Source: the human T2T-CHM13v2.0 reference genome, Homo sapiens
DNA: 64,000 nt
Direction: 5' to 3' (one strand)
Assembly: GCF_009914755.1 (NCBI RefSeq)
Contig: NC_060932.1
Positions 58,683 to 64,000 of this stretch are shown here, piece after piece (within the stretch, counting starts at the first letter, position 1; each line of letters starts with the position of its first letter). The translations under genes were made by a program, and so were the position numbers. The notes below the pieces were generated by a model. That model searched no databases. It had not been told where the DNA came from and saw nothing but the letters and a program-made list of their open reading frames with translations.

Positions 58683-60059
58683 CCATGAAGGAACCTTTCT
58701 TTTCATGCGCAGGAATTCAATAAGAAGCCTCTATTTTGCCATAACCTAATAATTTCACTTTAATCTTAAATAGTCTTACAAGTAAAATACATGATTTAGA
58801 CACATTTTGAGGACGTTTTCCAGAACCCCTTCTGAACTGCACCGCAGGAAGGACCACAGCTCCCTCCCTGAACTCCCCGATTAAATAGTGTGAGGAAAGT
58901 CCATTTGCAGGATGACGAACGGTGCCTATGGTTTGACTTGAAAAGATAATTTTGATTTATTATGCTTTTAGACTAGAAATTTGGGATTGGTAAAAGAAAA
59001 AAACAGGGTCAATTATCTGTAGAAAGTAATGTGAAGAGATCATGATGTATGTATATGTATACATGTGTGGTGTAGTGTGTGTCAGACAGAGAAAAGAGAG
59101 AGAGAGAAAGAGAGAGAGAGGCTGTCAAACATCCATGTCCTTTCTAATGAGGAGACAATGAAATATAAATGTAAGCACAGAAACCAGCTGGTATACGTAG
59201 AGAGAAAAGAATGCAGCTGATAAGCAAAAACAAGCATATGGTCCAAGAGAGAGAAAGAGAGATGAAATAAACTGATAAACTCTCTTGGTTCCTGATGGCT
59301 ATCCATAAGACTGGCTCTACAGTAGTTCCTGTCATTCATAATCTCACTTCTAAGCTTGCTTTACTCAGTCTCTGTTGTTTGTGACTTGTAGAACCCTGAT
59401 CAGTATAGATGGCTGCCCACATACAACAATTCTCCTACTTCTTTGATAATTTAAATCTTCATTAAGATGTGCAAATAGTAAATAAATAAATTTAAATCCC
59501 CATTAAAATGCACATAAAACTAGTGACTTGAGTATCTAGAATTCAGACCCAATGTAGGCTCACGGTGTTAGGGATTGAGGATAAAGTATTTTGTTATTGA
59601 AAAGATCCTGGTTTAGGATCAAGGAATATTCCTAAATGGTCCAAGAAATTCTTTCTTGCCACTCACCCCTAGCTTCTCTAGTAAAGCCCTGAGGAAACTC
59701 TATGTAAAGAATAACAGCCAAATGGGAACCAAATATATTAATAGTTAGACAAAGGTTTGATATCACAACAGTTTTCTAGCACAAGTTGAATGAAAACACA
59801 TAGTTTAGGCTGAAGGTCTAATAGAGATATTCTTCCCCAGAATATATGAATCATGGAATGAACTTATAGTAAATTGTTGGAAAGGAAGAAGAAAGGGAGA
59901 AGGATAAGTGGACAGGCCCCCAAATAATCTGAGTTTTTTACCAAACTTCTTAGAGTGAAGATGAAGAAATGGTCCACTTGCTCAAGGAAGTAGGTGTGGC
60001 TTGGGTGTACTGTGGGAGCAAGCTGGTGGGCAGTCAGGAGAGAGTGGAATTAAGTAGCG

Positions 60060-60300
60060 GGGCACAGCACAATGATGGCCTTTTAAGGCCCCAAAGCTGA
60101 CTGCTTTGGTTCAACTCCCAGCTCTGCCACTTAATTGATTTCAGGCAAATTACCCAACCCCTCTGAACCTCCTTTCCCTAATCTGAAAATGGAGCAAATA
60201 ATAGAGTGTCATTAGGAATGTTGTGAGGCTTAAATGAGTTAATATATGTACAATTCTTAACGCAGTAATTGAGTAAATGCTTGTTAAATTCTAGCTGCTG
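60060..60300 (+). mobile_element. MIR SINE
   Basis: ggttcaactcccagctctgccactta...ggcaaattacccaacccctctgaacctc...ctgaaaatgg...gttgtgaggcttaaatgag. Confidence 0.8.
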
Positions 60301-61203
60301 TTAGAGGAGAGCACTTGAGTCACAGCTTGCACATTTTAATACAAAGAGACTCCCATTTACCAGCAAAATCGCACGAATCTTACCAATCATAAAGGAAGTT
60401 TTTCACTAAGAAGGGAGTTGAGAAAAACACAGACAGATATAGGCCTGGCAGGTGGGAGAGCCATGACCTCCATTAGCTAACACAGTGTGATGTTCTGAGC
60501 TCTGAAGGCATTGAATGGCAGGTGGAGTTAAGGTGAAGAAGAGGAAGTCAGAATACAGGATTCAATGGGAATTTTAAAATGTAGTATTTCCCTGTCCAGG
60601 ACTGTGACTATCCTCAAAAAGTCACCAAGAAATCAGGGTCCCTTTATAGTAGGTGAACAGGAAAAGAGATTGCTGCAAACTCAGAGAAATGTTCTAAAGC
60701 ATAAATAACATTTTAGGAATTTCAAGCAAATGTTGCCTCTAAAGAGAGTTTCCTTTATAAATAACAATTGTCCTTTCCAAGGCATCATTTCCATTGAAAT
60801 AGCCTGCACATTAAAGAGAACACAATCTTCCCAAGTAAAAATACGCCTCTTCTCCCCACGTATCTCTTATTTGGGAGTGAGTGGGCAGCTCTGTTCTGAA
60901 AGAAAAACTAAAAAGGCAAACATACCCACTTCCCTTCTCAAACACCTTCTACCAAAACAGGCACAATTCCAATAGCCCCAAATTTACTACACTCTCCTGA
61001 CTTGGTGCAGGTGTTAATCAAGAATTAGACAAAAGAAAAAAAAAAAAAAAAAGAAACCCAACCACCCATTACACAAAATTTGGCATAGTGACATTGGCTA
61101 TGATGAAATTTTTAAGTCAAGGAACCAACAGCTTACTTTAACATTGTCCCTTTAAATGGCCACGTTTCTTAATTATGCTTCACTAAACACAGTTTCAACC
61201 ATG

Positions 61204-61205
<2 letters not shown>

Positions 61206-61245
<40 letters not shown>
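61206..61245. repeat. (TG)n microsatellite (~20 units)
   Basis: Seen directly. Confidence 0.97.
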
Positions 61246-61250
<5 letters not shown>

Positions 61251-62389
61251 TTCAGCTGGATCTACCTCTTCCTTTGAGAATCACAGCCTGGACTGCCATA
61301 GAGCCATCCTGCTATTGATTTTTTACAAGAATTTCGGGATGTGGTACGGTGCAGACCAGTCTTTCCTAATAAATTGACACTGGAACGTATTTGCTTTTAT
61401 TTTGATTATTTGTCATGGGTTCCCAAATTGAGTTGGATTAAGAATCAGACCAAAAAGCCAGTCCCATAAAGTCCCAATCTAATCTATAAGGTAAACATTT
61501 TTAAATCACAAGAAATGTATTAGAAAGGAAGAAAACTACATTTTCCCAAACTCCTCTCAGGGAGGGTAATATGTGATTAGAAGGGATAACTTGATAATCT
61601 AGAAGCTGGTAGAGGGTAAATAATGAAATCCCCGAAGGGCAAACCTTTTCCAAGAGTAAGGTATGGGCAATTTAAAGGCTTTTTGTTATGCTGTGTAGGA
61701 TACGAGCTAGGAGCGAGAGTTGCACTACTTCTGTGCACAGCAGCTGCTTAGAGCAGAAACTGAGCTTTTCTCACCCTTCCCCTATTTATCTTCAATATTG
61801 AATAAATATCTGAAGAAATTCCAAATTATTAACCTGCCCAAACACGTATGCCTCAACCTGTCCTGAAACTTCTCCATTGATCTCAAGTACTGCAGTAAAA
61901 TCCAAAAATTCAGTTTAAATTTACTAATTTAAACATAAACGTGTGTGTGTCGTTTTTTTTTTTTTTTTTTTCCAGCACTTTTGGTAAAGATGAGACCATC
62001 ATGGAATTCAACAAACAGTATCTGTCCTCAGGTAAGTGGGCTGGAGAATGCATCAGCCTTTTAAACTTTAACAACTGAAAGACCTATTTGCCTCCAACAC
62101 ATCTGTTTAGTGAAGCATTTGGATTTCTCTTCAATCAACAGTAACAAGGTGACATCAGCAAGTTGGTAGAATAGGACTGCTGAGTGCTGTCCACATGTGA
62201 AACCACCTTCATAGAAGATAAGAAATCTAGGGTAGAGATCGCAGCACCTGGATGTAACCCAGGAATAAGGAAACATACATTGAAGAGGACATGAAGAACA
62301 GTTTCACATTAAACATGTCACCCCTCCCTCAGGCCTGAGCATAAGAACTTTCAACAAAATAGGTTAGAAGTAATATATTTTAACAAAGA

Positions 62390-62720
62390 AGGCTATACAT
62401 GACATCTCTACAGCTGTCTTCATAGTCAGTACTAAAGGGCCAAAAGCCTTCCTCTAAGATCAGGAACAAAACAAGCATGACCATTTTCAGTAATCCTATT
62501 CTATGCAGTACTGCTCCAGACAGAACAATTAGGCAAGGAACAGAAATAAAAGGCATCCAAATTGGAGAGGAAGAACTAAAATTATCTTTGTTTGCACATG
62601 ATGTGATATTACACATAGAAAATCCTAAAGACACCACCAAAAACTGTTCAAACTAATAAATGAATTCCATAAAGTTGCAGAATAGAAGATCAACATATAA
62701 AAATCAGTAGCATTAAAAAA
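62390..62720 (+). mobile_element. L1 ORF2 (RT region) fragment
   Basis: gaaataaaaggcatccaaattggagaggaag...tttgcacatgatgtgata (FADD-region relic). Confidence 0.85.
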
Positions 62721-62729
62721 TCAAGCATT

Positions 62730-64000
62730 AAAACTTTGCAGCATTGAGTTATATCAGAATTTAGTATTGGAAAATACATGAGGCCCTATTGTTAGGGGCA
62801 CATGCCCTTCAGTGACTACTTTATAAGATGTCAATTTATGTTTTACACTGGAAGTGAATCTGATCGTCATTAATTTTCAATACATTTGACCAAAGCAATC
62901 CAGTCAATTCAGTTAGAGTTGCCAAATGCTATAGAATGTGTAACACCTTATTTAACTGTTTTAAACTTGCCCAGTGAAACAGGTACTTCTATCACTGGAT
63001 ATTTCTCCAGGAATGTCCCATGAGAAAAACATGTTTCCTTATAATTCTTTAGCTACTGTTTTATCAGCCCTCTTGCATGGGAAAGCTTTTATGCAAACAG
63101 AAAACATGCATTGAGAATGATGAATGAAATCCCACCATAAATGTTTAAATGGCCTAACAGGTGGCAAAAAATGTGCCTTAAGTTTTTATTGTCTTCCCAG
63201 GAATATGGATTTGGCAAATCAAACATTGGTCATAAGCCATTTTAGCAATTTAGAAGAGTTACCATACCAATATGTATTTTTAATTTGGGTCACTTTACTC
63301 TTCCATGATGAGCTGTAGAATGCAGAGCTTTTAATAACAAGAGCTTTAAGGACTCAGGAAGAATAAGGCGGCCAGCCAGGTTCTCCATGAGTCCAGGCTC
63401 ACCACTGAGCTTACGTCCTCTTAAACATCTCTTAAAATTTTTGTTTCTCCAATTTAGGTGCATAGAACTGATAACTGATGGGTTATCACAGGTAATTTGA
63501 CTTGGACCATGGAGTTTATTCAACTGCATATCTGAACAATTTCAATACTGGCTGATTAAGTGTGAAAATCTGGTAAAGTATTTTCTCGCTATTCAACTAA
63601 TTTTTGTTCTGCTTGGGTTAGCAGTATTATAAACCAACCAGTCTCTTCATTACAGTTCCAGGAATTCTTACCCAGTCCAAATGATATTATCCTGAAGTTA
63701 TCAGAAATCTGTATCTAAGAGTGCTTGTGAGGGTCTTTTCCATCTGTTTCATGAACCTCCTTAAAGACTCAATATTCTAGGATTTTGCATGCTTGTGAAG
63801 TTTTCAGAAACTGCATCAGAATTAAGGAATTTACTGTGGAAATGACTTAAAAAAGTCATAGTTAAAGACACAATTGTTAAGGAAATTTGGTTATTTCTGC
63901 AGCCTACAATTTACCATAGTAGCCATTATGTTATTATGTTGGTTGCTATATCAGTCGTAATTATGACTGACAAAATACCCAGACATATTAGAATGTTAGA
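62730..64000 (-). mobile_element. ERV1 internal fragment with integrase N-terminal relic
   Basis: ORF 63290..63529(-) ends GRLILPESLKLLLLKALHSTAHHG, resembling the HxxxH start of the retroviral integrase Zn domain. Runs off the window. Confidence 0.7.

Overview
Human-type (primate) genomic DNA containing the arylamine N-acetyltransferase 1 gene (NAT1) on the + strand. It has a GC-box/CCAAT promoter at ~1500-1650, non-coding 5' exons (~1624-1695 and 10920-10998, plus cassette exons), a single 870-nt coding exon (13557-14429, reference *4-type residues) and a 3' UTR with an (AAT)8 tract and several poly(A) signals. The rest is mostly interspersed repeats: Alu, old L1, L2, MIR, MaLR/ERV1 LTRs, three ERV internal fragments and DNA-transposon relics. 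The best observation is a 3-kb internally deleted ERV1 provirus lying antisense in the NAT1 intron (7348-10345, GACT target-site duplication). Its pol antisense strand supplies a 118-nt exon with an ATG that splices in frame to NAT1 and adds 62 N-terminal residues. A first-exon uORF gets its stop codon only from the splice junction, and a second ERV carries a decayed tRNA-Glu copy. Repeat family names and most repeat boundaries were recognised by eye and are approximate. I found no CRISPR array or other prokaryote-like system.
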